From Verrucomicrobiota bacterium (GTDB lineage Bacteria; Verrucomicrobiota; Verrucomicrobiia; Limisphaerales; UBA8199): a stretch of 64,000 nucleotides of DNA. The notes under the pieces were generated by a model that worked only from the letters and a program-made list of their open reading frames with translations, was not told the origin of the DNA and searched no databases. Both the position numbers and the translations under genes were made by a program. How positions within the stretch are numbered: position 1 is the first letter of the stretch; every line of letters begins with the position of its first letter. Below are positions 26,295 through 36,118 of this stretch, one piece after another. The DNA is taken from NCBI GenBank assembly GCA_039806935.1, contig JBDHQH010000003.1, positions 2,606-66,605 of the forward strand, in the 5' to 3' direction.

Positions 26295-27392
26295 ATGACT
26301 CCGGTCGTTGATCCGTCCGTATCGATCATTCTGCCCTGCCGAAACGAGGCCGGGTACATTGAGCCATGCCTAAGTTCCATCCTGCGGCAGGAACCGCCGG
26401 AAGGCGGCTTCGAGGTTCTGGTGGCCGACGGAGTTTCCACGGACGGCACCCGTGAATTCCTGGAAACGATCGCCGCGCGCGAACCGCGGGTGCGGTTGTT
26501 GGATAATCCGGGCAGAATCGTCTCGACAGGATTAAATGCCGCGCTGCGCGCCGCCCGCGGCGGCGTGATTCTGCGAATGGATGCCCACACTGATTACGCG
26601 CCCGATTATATGGTTCAATGTCTGCGGGTGCTCCGGGAAACCGGCGCCGATAACGTGGGCGGCCCGATGCGCACCACGGCTGACTCCTACCGGCAGCGAG
26701 TTATCCGCGCGGCCTTCCACTCGCCCTTTGCGGTTGGCGGCGCCCGTTCCCACGCTCCCGATTATGAGGGAGAGGTGGATACGGTGATTTATGGTTGTTG
26801 GCGCCGGGAGGTGTTTGATCGGGTGGGTCTCTTCGATGAGGAGCTTATCCGAAACCAGGATGACGAGCATAATCTGCGGCTGACGCGTTCCGGGGGCCGG
26901 ATTTACCAATCTCCGCGCATTCGCAGCTCTTATCATGTCAGGGATTCCTTCGGCGCCCTGTTCCGGCAATACCTTCAATATGGCTATTGGAAGGTGTTAG
27001 TCATTCGCAAGCACCGGTTGCCCGCCTCGTGGCGGCATCTGGCGCCTGCCGCCTTCGTCGCCGGCCTGGGCGTGCTCCTGCTCGCGGGCGCTTTCCAGAC
27101 CACGGCCCTGCTCGCCGGCCTGGGTCTGCTGGCGCTTTATATCCTGGCCGTCCTAATCGCCTCGGGCATCACCGCCGCGCGCTCGGAGTGGCGGTTCCTG
27201 CCCGCGCTGCCGCTGGCGTTGACCTGCTTTCATCTCGGCTATGGTTACGGGTTTCTGCGCGGCGCTCTGGACTTCCTGGTCTTGCGCCGCGCGCCGGGCG
27301 CGCAGTTTGTGCGGCTTACCCGGCGGCCATCCTCCGCCAAGCCTGCGCGGATGGGGGACTTACCGCCCGCCGCCTACGTGAAAAATCGGTGA
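26295..27392 (+). CDS. Glycosyltransferase family 2 with C-terminal TM helices
   Basis: VSIILPCRNEAGYI, VADGVSTDGT and a DxD-type region (RMDAHTDY), followed by 3-4 TM helices. Confidence 0.8.
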   Translation: MTPVVDPSVSIILPCRNEAGYIEPCLSSILRQEPPEGGFEVLVADGVSTDGTREFLETIAAREPRVRLLDNPGRIVSTGLNAALRAARGGVILRMDAHTDYAPDYMVQCLRVLRETGADNVGGPMRTTADSYRQRVIRAAFHSPFAVGGARSHAPDYEGEVDTVIYGCWRREVFDRVGLFDEELIRNQDDEHNLRLTRSGGRIYQSPRIRSSYHVRDSFGALFRQYLQYGYWKVLVIRKHRLPASWRHLAPAAFVAGLGVLLLAGAFQTTALLAGLGLLALYILAVLIASGITAARSEWRFLPALPLALTCFHLGYGYGFLRGALDFLVLRRAPGAQFVRLTRRPSSAKPARMGDLPPAAYVKNR

Positions 27393-27485
27393 GCAAGGAG
27401 ACACTTCGCCCACTGGGGATCACCTTTGCTTGAGGTAAAGTGAGGTCAAGCTGCGAGGCTGCCAAAAGTCGATAACCACTTGGAT

Positions 27486-28715
27486 ATGTTGAGGATTCCA
27501 TTTTACAAACCGAGCATCGGTGAGGAAGAGATTCGCGAGGTAGTCGAGGTGCTGCGCGGAGGGTGGCTGACCACCGGCCCCAAAGCCCGCCAATTTGAGG
27601 CGGAATTCTCCCGTTACCTGAATCAGCCGCACGCGATCGCTGTCAACTCCTGCACCGCCGCCCTGCATTTGGCGCTCGAGGCCACTGGCTTGAAAGCCGG
27701 GCAGCGGGTCTTGGTTCCCAGCCTGACCTTCGCCGCCACTGCGGAGGTCACCCGGTACTTCGGAGCCATCCCGCTCTTCGTGGATTGCCGGTCCGAGGAT
27801 CTCAATCTGGACGTCGCGGACGCGCGCCGGAAAGCCGCGGCCGCCCGTGCGCGTGGCGAGGAGGTGACCGCGATCATCCCCGTTCACTACGGCGGACAGA
27901 TCGGGGATGTCACGGGAGTGCGGAGCCTGGCGGAGGATTTTAACTTGAGCGTGGTTGAGGATGCGGCTCATTGCTGCCCCGCCGCCTACCGCGAAAGCGA
28001 AACGGCTCCCTGGCAGTCGGTGGGCAGTTCGGCTGAAGTCAGTTGCTTCTCGTTTTACGCGAACAAAGCGATCACCACGGGCGAGGGGGGGATGGCTTGC
28101 ACCAGCTCGGAGGAGCACGCGGAGCGCATGCGGTTGATGTCGCTGCATGGAATCTCGCGGAATGCATGGAATCGGTACGCCGCCGAAGGCTCCTGGCACT
28201 ACGAGATCGTGGCCCCTGGATTCAAGTATAATATGACGGATATCGCGGCGGCGCTGGGCCTGCAGCAATTGCGGAAGGCCGATCGCCTGCATCAACTCCG
28301 CCGCGAGCGGGCGGAACTTTACTCCGAGTTGTTGCGGGACGTGGAGGAACTCGTGCTGCCGCGCGCCATGCCCAACCGTATTCATTCCTGGCACCTGTAT
28401 CCCGTCCGCCTCCGTTCCGCGCAGGGTGCAGACCGGGCGGAATTCATCGCCCAGCTCAAGGCGGCCGGCATCGGCGCGAGCGTCCACTGGATGCCGCTGC
28501 ACCTGCATCCCTACTACCGTGAGACATTGGACTGTCAGCCCTCGGACTGTCCGCGCGCGGCGGCAATTTATCCGGAGCTGATCAGCCTCCCGCTCTATCC
28601 AGACTTGGAGTTGGCCGAGGTGGAGCGGATCTGTGAAACGTTGAGGGAGGTCGTTTGCGCCCGCCCGGCGAGGGGAACGGCGCCTGTGTGCGCCGAGTCA
28701 GCAGCGGGATTTTGA
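27486..28715 (+). CDS. DegT/DnrJ/EryC1/StrS-family PLP-dependent sugar aminotransferase (PglE-like)
   Basis: IPFYKPSIGEEEI, NSCTAALHLAL, VEDAAHC, and SFYANKAITTGEGG (PLP lysine). Confidence 0.9.
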   Translation: MLRIPFYKPSIGEEEIREVVEVLRGGWLTTGPKARQFEAEFSRYLNQPHAIAVNSCTAALHLALEATGLKAGQRVLVPSLTFAATAEVTRYFGAIPLFVDCRSEDLNLDVADARRKAAAARARGEEVTAIIPVHYGGQIGDVTGVRSLAEDFNLSVVEDAAHCCPAAYRESETAPWQSVGSSAEVSCFSFYANKAITTGEGGMACTSSEEHAERMRLMSLHGISRNAWNRYAAEGSWHYEIVAPGFKYNMTDIAAALGLQQLRKADRLHQLRRERAELYSELLRDVEELVLPRAMPNRIHSWHLYPVRLRSAQGADRAEFIAQLKAAGIGASVHWMPLHLHPYYRETLDCQPSDCPRAAAIYPELISLPLYPDLELAEVERICETLREVVCARPARGTAPVCAESAAGF

Positions 28716-28717
28716 AA

Positions 28718-30142
28718 ATGAGATTTGCGATGAGCCTGAGCCAATGTCTTACCTCGCTGCGAGCCCCGATTGGCGAGCTCGCGATAAAAGCTGCCGAGGC
28801 CGGCTGGGGGCTGCGCCGCGGCTCGAACCGAGCTAAACGTCTCTTCGACGCCGGCTTCGCCGCGCTGGGCCTTTGTTGTTTAAGCCCATTGTTTCTGCTG
28901 ATCGGAATAGCCATCAAACTCTCGGACGGGGGCCCGGTTTTCTACCGCCAGCAGCGGATTGGGCAATTCGGCAAGCCGTTTCTCATCTGGAAATTCCGGA
29001 CCATGATGCCCGGCTCGGACCGGCGGGGACCCTCCATCACCAGCCAGGGCGACGATCGCGTAACCCGGATCGGGGGCTGGCTGCGGCGGGCCAAGCTCGA
29101 CGAGTTGCCGCAGCTCATCAACGTGCTGGCCGGTGAGATGAGCCTGGTCGGACCGCGGCCGGAAGTCCCGCGGTATGTCGCGGCCTACACCGCAAATCAA
29201 CGCCGGATTTTGCGGCACCAGCCGGGAATTACGGATCTGGCCTCGCTTTGCTTTCGCCATGAGGAGGCGCTGCTGCAAACCAACGGAAACACGGAAGAGT
29301 TTTACCTTTCCTATTGCGTGCCGCGAAAACTGCAACTGAACCAGGAATATGCCCGGAAAGCCAACCTTTGGACCGATGCGTGGATCATCCTGCGGACCGT
29401 TTGTCCTTATTGGCTGGGTGTGTCGGGGCTTTATGCAGCGGTGTTGGCGCTGGCGCTCTGGCTCAGCGAGGCCCTGGCGGGATCTGGCGCCGGAGTCCGG
29501 TTCTTCGGCGAATGGCCAATGGTCGTAAGCGCGCAACTGCTTTTCTTGCTGGGCGGGCGGCAGCGCACCGGCCTGCTTTGCTATTTCGGGCCGCCCGAGC
29601 TGCGCCAGGCCGCGCGGGGCTTGCTCCTGGCCTCGCTCACCCTGCTTGGAGCCTCCTGGCTGGTTGCAAGCGCGCTGCCCGCCCGCAACGTTCTCATTGT
29701 CAATCTGTTCATCGCGTCCTTCCTGCTCATCGGGATGCGCCTGGCTTTGCGCTCCTGGCGCGAACGCGCCGAAGGCGCGGATACTGCTCCGGAAGCCGAG
29801 GTGCTGCGGGTCGGCATCATCGGCGCCGGCGGCCTCGGCGCCCAACTGGCCCTCTGCCTCAACAGCCAGAGACGGCTGGGGCGCTCGGTCGTGGTGTTTT
29901 TCGATGACGATTTTGGGAAATGGCAGCGGCGGATCCACGGAGTCCCGGTGGCCGGCATGCCGGAGTGCCTGCTCCAGGGCTGGACCGAGAAACTCGACGA
30001 GGTGGCCATCGCGATGCCGCACGCCTCGCCGCGCCGTTTGAGGGAAATCCGCCGACTCTGCCGCGACGCCCGGCTGCGCGTGCGGGTGGTGGATTGGCCG
30101 GCGCCAGCCAACTCCCACCCGGGAATCCAGGCGTTCGCCTGA
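28718..30142 (+). CDS. Polyprenyl-phosphate sugar-phosphate transferase (Bac_transf/PglC-like domain) fused to C-terminal TM + CoA_binding_3-like Rossmann module
   Basis: The N-terminal half has KRLFDAGFAALGLCCLSPLFLLIGIAIKLSDGGPVFYRQQRIG...WKFRTMM...DELPQLINVLAGEMSLVGPRPE. The C-terminal half has about 4 TM helices plus VGIIGAGGLGAQLA...VVFFDDDFGKWQRRIHGVPV. Confidence 0.8.
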   Translation: MRFAMSLSQCLTSLRAPIGELAIKAAEAGWGLRRGSNRAKRLFDAGFAALGLCCLSPLFLLIGIAIKLSDGGPVFYRQQRIGQFGKPFLIWKFRTMMPGSDRRGPSITSQGDDRVTRIGGWLRRAKLDELPQLINVLAGEMSLVGPRPEVPRYVAAYTANQRRILRHQPGITDLASLCFRHEEALLQTNGNTEEFYLSYCVPRKLQLNQEYARKANLWTDAWIILRTVCPYWLGVSGLYAAVLALALWLSEALAGSGAGVRFFGEWPMVVSAQLLFLLGGRQRTGLLCYFGPPELRQAARGLLLASLTLLGASWLVASALPARNVLIVNLFIASFLLIGMRLALRSWRERAEGADTAPEAEVLRVGIIGAGGLGAQLALCLNSQRRLGRSVVVFFDDDFGKWQRRIHGVPVAGMPECLLQGWTEKLDEVAIAMPHASPRRLREIRRLCRDARLRVRVVDWPAPANSHPGIQAFA

Positions 30143-30156
30143 AAGAATTTCAGAGG

Positions 30157-32109
30157 ATGAGAACCGGAAACCATTCTGCGCCGCCCGGAGCGGCTCGCGC
30201 CGCGCTGGTGATCGGCGATCTCGCGGTGCTGGCGGTCAGTTTGTGGCTGGCGTACCTGATTCGCTTCGATTTCGCGATTCCCGAGGACGCGGCGCGATCA
30301 TGGCCGTTGGTTTTCCTATGGGTGGCCGGTCTCCAGGCGCTCTGGCTATGGCGCGCCCGCCAGTTTGACCTGCTCGGGTATTTCAACCTGGGCGATTCCT
30401 CAGGTGTTTTTTGGGCGCTGCTGGCTCCAAACGCGCTGGTCTTCCTCCTCTCCCATCAGTTCGGCTCCGCTTACGCTCCGCCGCGGAGCGTGGTGATCGC
30501 GGATCTGGGATTCGCGGTCATTGGCTTGACAGGGATTCGGCTGGCGGCGCGCCGTGGTGAAAGATTGGGCCGCCGACGCCAGGGGACGAAGCCGCCCACC
30601 CGCCGGCGCCGCGCCGGCATCATCGGAGCGGGGTTGGTGGGCACGGCTCTGGCGCGCGAGTTCGAAGAGCGGCCCGACCTCGGCCTCCAGGCGGTGGCAT
30701 TCTTTGACGATGACCGGACGAAATGGGGCAAGCGCATTCACGACGTCCCGATCGTGGGGGCGCCCGAGGCGCTGGCCGGAGGCGGAGCGAATCTCGAACT
30801 GGAGGAGATCGTCGTGGCCATGCCGAGCGCCCGGCCCAAGCGGGTGGCCGAGATTGGCGAGATCCTGCGCCAACTGCGCATCAAGTTCAGCACGGTGCCT
30901 TCCATCTATGAACTCACCACCGGGGCGGCGCGCGTCGGCCAGCTTCGACCAGTGGACTTGAAAGATCTGCTCGGGCGCGAGCAGGTGCAGCTTGGCAGCG
31001 ATGCCATCCGCGGATCCCTCCAGAATAAGGTGGTGATGGTCACGGGAGCCGGAGGCAGCATCGGCGGCGAACTCTGCCGCCAGATCGCCGGGTACGGGCC
31101 ACGTCGGTTGCTGCTGTTTGAGCAATCCGAGGTTCAGTTGTTTCAAATCGAACAGGAACTTGCGAATGGCGATTCAAAGGTCCCTATTGTCCCGTTGATC
31201 GCCGACCTCCTCGATCGTCCACGGTTGGAACAAATCCTCGAACGCTTCCATCCGGAGATCATCTTTCACGCAGCCGCGCACAAGCATGTGCCCATGATGG
31301 AGCGGCAACCCGGGGAGGCCATCAAGAACAACGCCTTCGGCACCTTGCAACTGGGGGAACTGGCCCAACGCCACGCCGTCGCCAGTCTGGTGCTGATCTC
31401 CAGTGACAAGGCGATCAATCCCACCAACGTCATGGGGGCCACGAAGCGGCTGGCGGAAATGTGCGTCCAGGGATTGCATGCGGCCCAACCGGAAGGCACC
31501 CGCTTCATGGCCGTGCGGTTTGGAAACGTGCTCGGCTCCTCGGGCAGCGTGGTTCCCACCTTCAGCCAGCAGATCGCCTCCGGCGGCCCGGTGAAAGTCA
31601 CGCATCCCGAGGTCACCCGGTACTTCATGACCATCTCGGAAGCGGTCGGCCTGGTCTTGCAGAGCGCCACGCTCGGCTCGGGAGGGGAGATTTTCCTGCT
31701 CGATATGGGCCAACCGGTTCGGATCGTGGATTTGGCGCGCCATTTGATCGAACTCACCGGGCGCGTTCCGGGCCGGGATGTCCGCATTGAGTTCACCGGG
31801 CTGCGCCCAGGGGAAAAGTTATTCGAGGAACTCTGCTACCAGGGCGAGAATGTCACCACCACCCGGCATCCCAAAATCAACCGACTCGTCAGCGGCGCCA
31901 TCCCGATTTCGGAACTGCGATTGGTCATCGAGGAGTTGTTTCTGGAGGCTGACTTGCTGGAGGCCGATCAATTAAAACGCCTGCTCCAACGCGCGGTGCC
32001 GGAGTATCGGCCTCAGTTCCAAGCCGACGCCCCGGCCGCAGCGCCGCGCCGGCCGTTTGCTCCGGTGCTCCGCCGACCGCCCCTCGCCGCTCCACTGGCC
32101 GCCACCTGA
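30157..32109 (+). CDS. Membrane-anchored nucleotide-sugar 4,6-dehydratase (CapD/WbpM/PglF-like, Polysacc_synt_2)
   Basis: N-terminal TM helices. GIIGAGLVGTALA...FFDDDRTKWGKRIHDVPIVG (CoA_binding_3-like). VTGAGGSIGGEL Rossmann motif and an SDR dehydratase core (HAAAHKHVP, SSDKAINP). Confidence 0.85.
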   Translation: MRTGNHSAPPGAARAALVIGDLAVLAVSLWLAYLIRFDFAIPEDAARSWPLVFLWVAGLQALWLWRARQFDLLGYFNLGDSSGVFWALLAPNALVFLLSHQFGSAYAPPRSVVIADLGFAVIGLTGIRLAARRGERLGRRRQGTKPPTRRRRAGIIGAGLVGTALAREFEERPDLGLQAVAFFDDDRTKWGKRIHDVPIVGAPEALAGGGANLELEEIVVAMPSARPKRVAEIGEILRQLRIKFSTVPSIYELTTGAARVGQLRPVDLKDLLGREQVQLGSDAIRGSLQNKVVMVTGAGGSIGGELCRQIAGYGPRRLLLFEQSEVQLFQIEQELANGDSKVPIVPLIADLLDRPRLEQILERFHPEIIFHAAAHKHVPMMERQPGEAIKNNAFGTLQLGELAQRHAVASLVLISSDKAINPTNVMGATKRLAEMCVQGLHAAQPEGTRFMAVRFGNVLGSSGSVVPTFSQQIASGGPVKVTHPEVTRYFMTISEAVGLVLQSATLGSGGEIFLLDMGQPVRIVDLARHLIELTGRVPGRDVRIEFTGLRPGEKLFEELCYQGENVTTTRHPKINRLVSGAIPISELRLVIEELFLEADLLEADQLKRLLQRAVPEYRPQFQADAPAAAPRRPFAPVLRRPPLAAPLAAT

Positions 32110-32126
32110 CCGCCTCTCCTGATTTT

Positions 32127-33203
32127 ATGTCAATACTGTATGAACGCCTGAAATCCACGCTGCCAGACGCGCCGCGGACCTGGCTCGTGACCGGCGCCGC
32201 CGGCTTTATCGGCTCCAATCTCCTGGAGCAGTTGCTCGCCTTGGGCCAAAAGGTCATCGGGCTCGACAATTTTTCCACCGGTCATCGCGCGAATCTCGAG
32301 GAAGTCAGGGCCGCGGTCGGCGCTCGGGCCTGGGAACGCGCCCGCGTGGTGGAGGGCGACCTTCGCGATTTCGAGTGCTGCCGGGAAGCCTGCCGGGGCG
32401 TGGAAATCATTCTGCACCAGGCGGCGCTCGGCTCCGTCCCGCGGTCGCTGGCCGACCCCCTCAGCACGCACGCCAATAACGTGAGCGGATTCTTGAATCT
32501 GCTCGCGGCCGCGCGCGCCCAGAGGGTGAGGCGGCTGGTCTATGCCTCGAGCAGTTCGGTGTACGGCGACAGCGCGGATTTGCCAAAACGCGAGGAAAAA
32601 ATCGGAACGCCCCTCTCTCCTTACGCGGCCACCAAGTTGATGGATGAAATCTACGCGGGAGTGTTCGCGCGCGCCTTCGGGCTGGATTGTGTGGGGTTGC
32701 GCTATTTCAACGTTTTCGGCCCCCGGCAGGATCCAAACGGCGCGTACGCGGCCGTGATCCCGCGCTGGATCGCCGCCTTGCTGGGCGGACGCTCGCCGCG
32801 CATTTACGGCGATGGCCTCACCAGCCGGGATTTCTCGTATGTCGAGAACATTACGCAGGCGAACCTCCTGGCAGGCGTGACCGAGAGCCCGGACGCCTTG
32901 AACCAGGTGTTTAACATCGGGGTCGGCGAGACGGCCACATTGAATCAACTGTTCGACTGGGTGCAGCGGGCCCTGTGGCCGGAGTCCCCCGCGGAGCGGT
33001 GGATTGCCCCGGCCTACGAGGACTTCCGCCCCGGAGATATCCGCCATTCGCATGCCGCCATTGACAAGGCGAAAGATTTGCTCGGCTACCGCCCGACCCA
33101 CCGCGTTCGCGAGGGTTTGAAATTGGCCATGCGCTGGTACCGGGCCCATCTCGCGCCCGAGCCGGTGTTTGAAGAAGCGGACGGCGTCATTCTGACGGTT
33201 TGA
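32127..33203 (+). CDS. NAD-dependent nucleotide-sugar epimerase (extended SDR, WbpP/TviC-like)
   Basis: VTGAAGFIGSNL, GLDNFSTGHRANL, and the YAATK catalytic YxxxK. Confidence 0.85.
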   Translation: MSILYERLKSTLPDAPRTWLVTGAAGFIGSNLLEQLLALGQKVIGLDNFSTGHRANLEEVRAAVGARAWERARVVEGDLRDFECCREACRGVEIILHQAALGSVPRSLADPLSTHANNVSGFLNLLAAARAQRVRRLVYASSSSVYGDSADLPKREEKIGTPLSPYAATKLMDEIYAGVFARAFGLDCVGLRYFNVFGPRQDPNGAYAAVIPRWIAALLGGRSPRIYGDGLTSRDFSYVENITQANLLAGVTESPDALNQVFNIGVGETATLNQLFDWVQRALWPESPAERWIAPAYEDFRPGDIRHSHAAIDKAKDLLGYRPTHRVREGLKLAMRWYRAHLAPEPVFEEADGVILTV

Positions 33204-33204
33204 T

Positions 33205-35205
33205 ATGTGCGGCATTGCCGGCATCCTCCATCGCACCGAGGGGGAAAGCGTCCCGGAACGCTCGCTGCGTCAAATGCTCGGGCGGCTCCGCCATCGAGGG
33301 CCGGATGAGTTTGGCATCCTTCTCGACCACGAGCTTGGGCTGGGCAGCGCCCGCCTCAGCGTCATCGATCTGGACGGCGGAGCCCAACCCATCCCCAACG
33401 AGGATGAATCCCTCTGGATCGTGTTCAACGGCGAAATCTTCAATCATCCGGAATTGCGGACCGAGTTGGAGCCGCGCGGACATCGCTTTCGCACGCGTTC
33501 GGATACGGAAGTGGCGCTTCACCTCTACGAGGAATATGGGCCGAAGGGCCTGAATCGGATGAACGGGCAATTCGCGCTGGCCGTCTGGGATGCGCGCCGG
33601 CGGCGTCTGTTTCTGGCGCGGGATCGTCTAGGCGTGCGCCCGCTCTTTTATGCGGAGACCGGGCGCGGGGGTCTGATCTTCGGCTCGGAGATCAAGGCGA
33701 TCCTGGCCGGAAGGGAGACGCGGGCCGAGTTGGATCCAGAAATCCTCGGCCAGGTTTTCACCTTTTGGGCCGCTCCCGGGCCGCAGACCATTTTCCGCGG
33801 CATCCGCGAACTGCCCCCCGGTCACTATTTGACCGCCGATGCGGCTTCGGTTCGGATTCAACCTTATTGGCAGCTTCAATTCCCGGCGGATTGCGAACGC
33901 CAACAGCAGCCGGCCCCGGTGGACGAGGTGCTTGAGGAGTTCCGGTCCCTCCTGATCGACGCCTGCCGGATCCGCCTGCGCGCCGATGTGCCGGTGGGCG
34001 CCTATTTAAGCGGCGGGTTGGATTCATCAATGATCGCCGCCCTGGTTCGCGGTCACCTGCCGAACCGGCTCGTCACCTTCTCAATTGCCTTCAACGACGA
34101 GGAGTTTGATGAGAGCGCGTTCCAACGGCAAATGGCCGCGCACCTCGGAACCGAGCATCACGTGGCTCGTGCCACCCACGAGGACATCGGAGCCGTCTTC
34201 CCCGAGGTGATCTGGCATGCGGAGACGCCTTTGCTGCGCACCGGACCCGCGCCGATGTTTCTGCTGGCCAAGCTGGTCCATCGCACCGGGTTTAAAGTGG
34301 TGTTAACCGGCGAGGGAGCCGATGAGTTGCTGGCCGGCTATGATATCTTCAAAGAGGACAAGATTCGCCGGTTTTGGGCGCGGGAACCCGGCTCCCGCTG
34401 GCGTTGCCGTCTTTTCCAGCGGTTGTATCGTGATCTGCCCGGAGTCGCGCAAAATAACGGCGAGTTTCTGGCGGCATTCTTCGGCGAGGGTCTGCGCGAA
34501 ACCGATTCCCCCTGGTATTCGCATGCGGTGCGCTGGAGCAACAACAGCCGCACCCGGCGCTTTCTGGCCGCGGCGGGCGAAAGCGATCCGGCCAGCCGCC
34601 TGATCAGCCGGCTGCCGCGGGGATTCTCGAATTGGGAACCGCTGGCGCGAGCGCAATTCCTTGAAATCATCACGTTTCTTTCACCTTACCTGCTTTCCTC
34701 CCAGGGCGACCGCATGGCCATGGCTCACTCCGTGGAGGGGCGTTTTCCGTTTCTCGATCATCGGCTGGTCGAGTTTTGCGGCCGGCTCGATCCTCGGCTC
34801 AAACTGAGCGCGTTGCGCGAAAAACGCCTGTTGCGGCTCGCCGCTCAACCCTGGCTTCCCTCCGCCATCGCGCAGCGCCCCAAGCGCCCCTATCGCGCTC
34901 CGATTCACCGCAGCTTTTTCAATCCGACCTGCGCGGACTACGTCAACGAACTGCTCTCGCCCGCGGGCTTGCGGGAGACCGGCTTGTTCAAACCTCAAGC
35001 TGTCGCCCAGTTGCTCGCCAAGTTGAAAGCCGGCCTGCGTTGCACCCCTGCCGATGAAATGGCGCTTACCGGCATTTTATCCACGCAGTTGATCCACCAT
35101 TTGTTCGTGAAAACTTTTCGCGCCGCGCCGGGGGTGGGTGGCGAGGACCGGGTTAAAGTCCACCGCCGACGCCCGGCCGCGAAGCTTCAACCGGCCCTGA
35201 CATGA
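33205..35205 (+). CDS. asnB: Asparagine synthase (glutamine-hydrolysing) family amidotransferase, copy 2
   Basis: MCGIAGI start, RGPDE, and the SGGLDSS PP-loop. Confidence 0.9.
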   Translation: MCGIAGILHRTEGESVPERSLRQMLGRLRHRGPDEFGILLDHELGLGSARLSVIDLDGGAQPIPNEDESLWIVFNGEIFNHPELRTELEPRGHRFRTRSDTEVALHLYEEYGPKGLNRMNGQFALAVWDARRRRLFLARDRLGVRPLFYAETGRGGLIFGSEIKAILAGRETRAELDPEILGQVFTFWAAPGPQTIFRGIRELPPGHYLTADAASVRIQPYWQLQFPADCERQQQPAPVDEVLEEFRSLLIDACRIRLRADVPVGAYLSGGLDSSMIAALVRGHLPNRLVTFSIAFNDEEFDESAFQRQMAAHLGTEHHVARATHEDIGAVFPEVIWHAETPLLRTGPAPMFLLAKLVHRTGFKVVLTGEGADELLAGYDIFKEDKIRRFWAREPGSRWRCRLFQRLYRDLPGVAQNNGEFLAAFFGEGLRETDSPWYSHAVRWSNNSRTRRFLAAAGESDPASRLISRLPRGFSNWEPLARAQFLEIITFLSPYLLSSQGDRMAMAHSVEGRFPFLDHRLVEFCGRLDPRLKLSALREKRLLRLAAQPWLPSAIAQRPKRPYRAPIHRSFFNPTCADYVNELLSPAGLRETGLFKPQAVAQLLAKLKAGLRCTPADEMALTGILSTQLIHHLFVKTFRAAPGVGGEDRVKVHRRRPAAKLQPALT

Positions 35206-36050
35206 TTGACGAGGCGCGCTACTGGCTTGAGGAATGGGAAAACTACGCGGCTCGTCCCGAGCGCTTCCAGGGGATCCTGCAAGCCATCCGGGGCCGGCGC
35301 CTTCAACGGGTGTTGGACGTCGGCTGCGGCGCGGGCCAGGAACTTCTGCCGTTTGTCACAGTTCTCGGCGCCAAAGGCGTCGGTGTTGATCTCTCTCCGG
35401 AGGCGCTCCAAATCGCCACGCGGAAATACGCCGAGGCCGGGTTGGCCGCGGAAGTCGAGTTCCGTCGTTGCGCCGCCGAGCGCCTGCCCTTCGACGCCGA
35501 TCAGTTCGATTTGATCACTTGCCGCCTGGTTCTGCCCTACACCCACAATCTTGCGGCGCTCACGGAAATGGGGCGCGTCCTCAAACCGGGCGGCCTTTTG
35601 GTGCTAAAAATTCACCATGCCCGGTATTACCTGAGCCGGCTGTGGCGTTCACTGTCACGCGGCGACTTGCGAACCGCGTTTTACGCCGTGCGGGTGCTGG
35701 CCTCCGGTTTGATCTATCACCTTGCCGGCAGCCAGCCGAAGGGTCGCTCTGGCGCGCGGGAGGTCTTCCAAACGCGCTGGCTGCTGCACCGGACGCTCGC
35801 GGCGTCCGGCCTGGCATTGCTGCGGGAATGGCTCGGCTCGGATGCAAATCCGCGCACCCCCATTTTCCTCATCACCAAGCGGGCCACGCCGGCGATTGCC
35901 CCGCCCCGACGAACTGCCAAGCCTCCAACCAACTCCGGATTTCATTGCGGACTGCCGGAGGATCTTTGGGCGCGGCGGCTTGAGCGTCCGGTCGTGCTGG
36001 GGTGCTTTCCCGCTTCCCCTGAGGAGAACACCCGCCGCGCAGAAATTTGA
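35202..36050 (+). CDS. Class I SAM-dependent methyltransferase
   Basis: VLDVGCGAGQ motif I and LKPGGLLVL. The start overlaps the AsnB stop (ATGA 35202-35205). Confidence 0.7.
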   Translation: MIDEARYWLEEWENYAARPERFQGILQAIRGRRLQRVLDVGCGAGQELLPFVTVLGAKGVGVDLSPEALQIATRKYAEAGLAAEVEFRRCAAERLPFDADQFDLITCRLVLPYTHNLAALTEMGRVLKPGGLLVLKIHHARYYLSRLWRSLSRGDLRTAFYAVRVLASGLIYHLAGSQPKGRSGAREVFQTRWLLHRTLAASGLALLREWLGSDANPRTPIFLITKRATPAIAPPRRTAKPPTNSGFHCGLPEDLWARRLERPVVLGCFPASPEENTRRAEI

Positions 36051-36118
36051 TCTTTTCCATCTGAAACTTAAAAGTGATTTGTCAGCGGTTTGGCCGGGTT
36101 GCGTTGGGTTTACTGGAA

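Noticed and set aside
27420-28508. 362-aa minus-strand ORF antisense to the DegT aminotransferase
   Set aside because: Same reasoning as the other shadow ORFs: the + strand has the PLP-lysine and DegT motifs. The same applies to 28880..30118, 32130..33236, 12130..13155, 7059..8120 and 13983..14945 (all minus strand).
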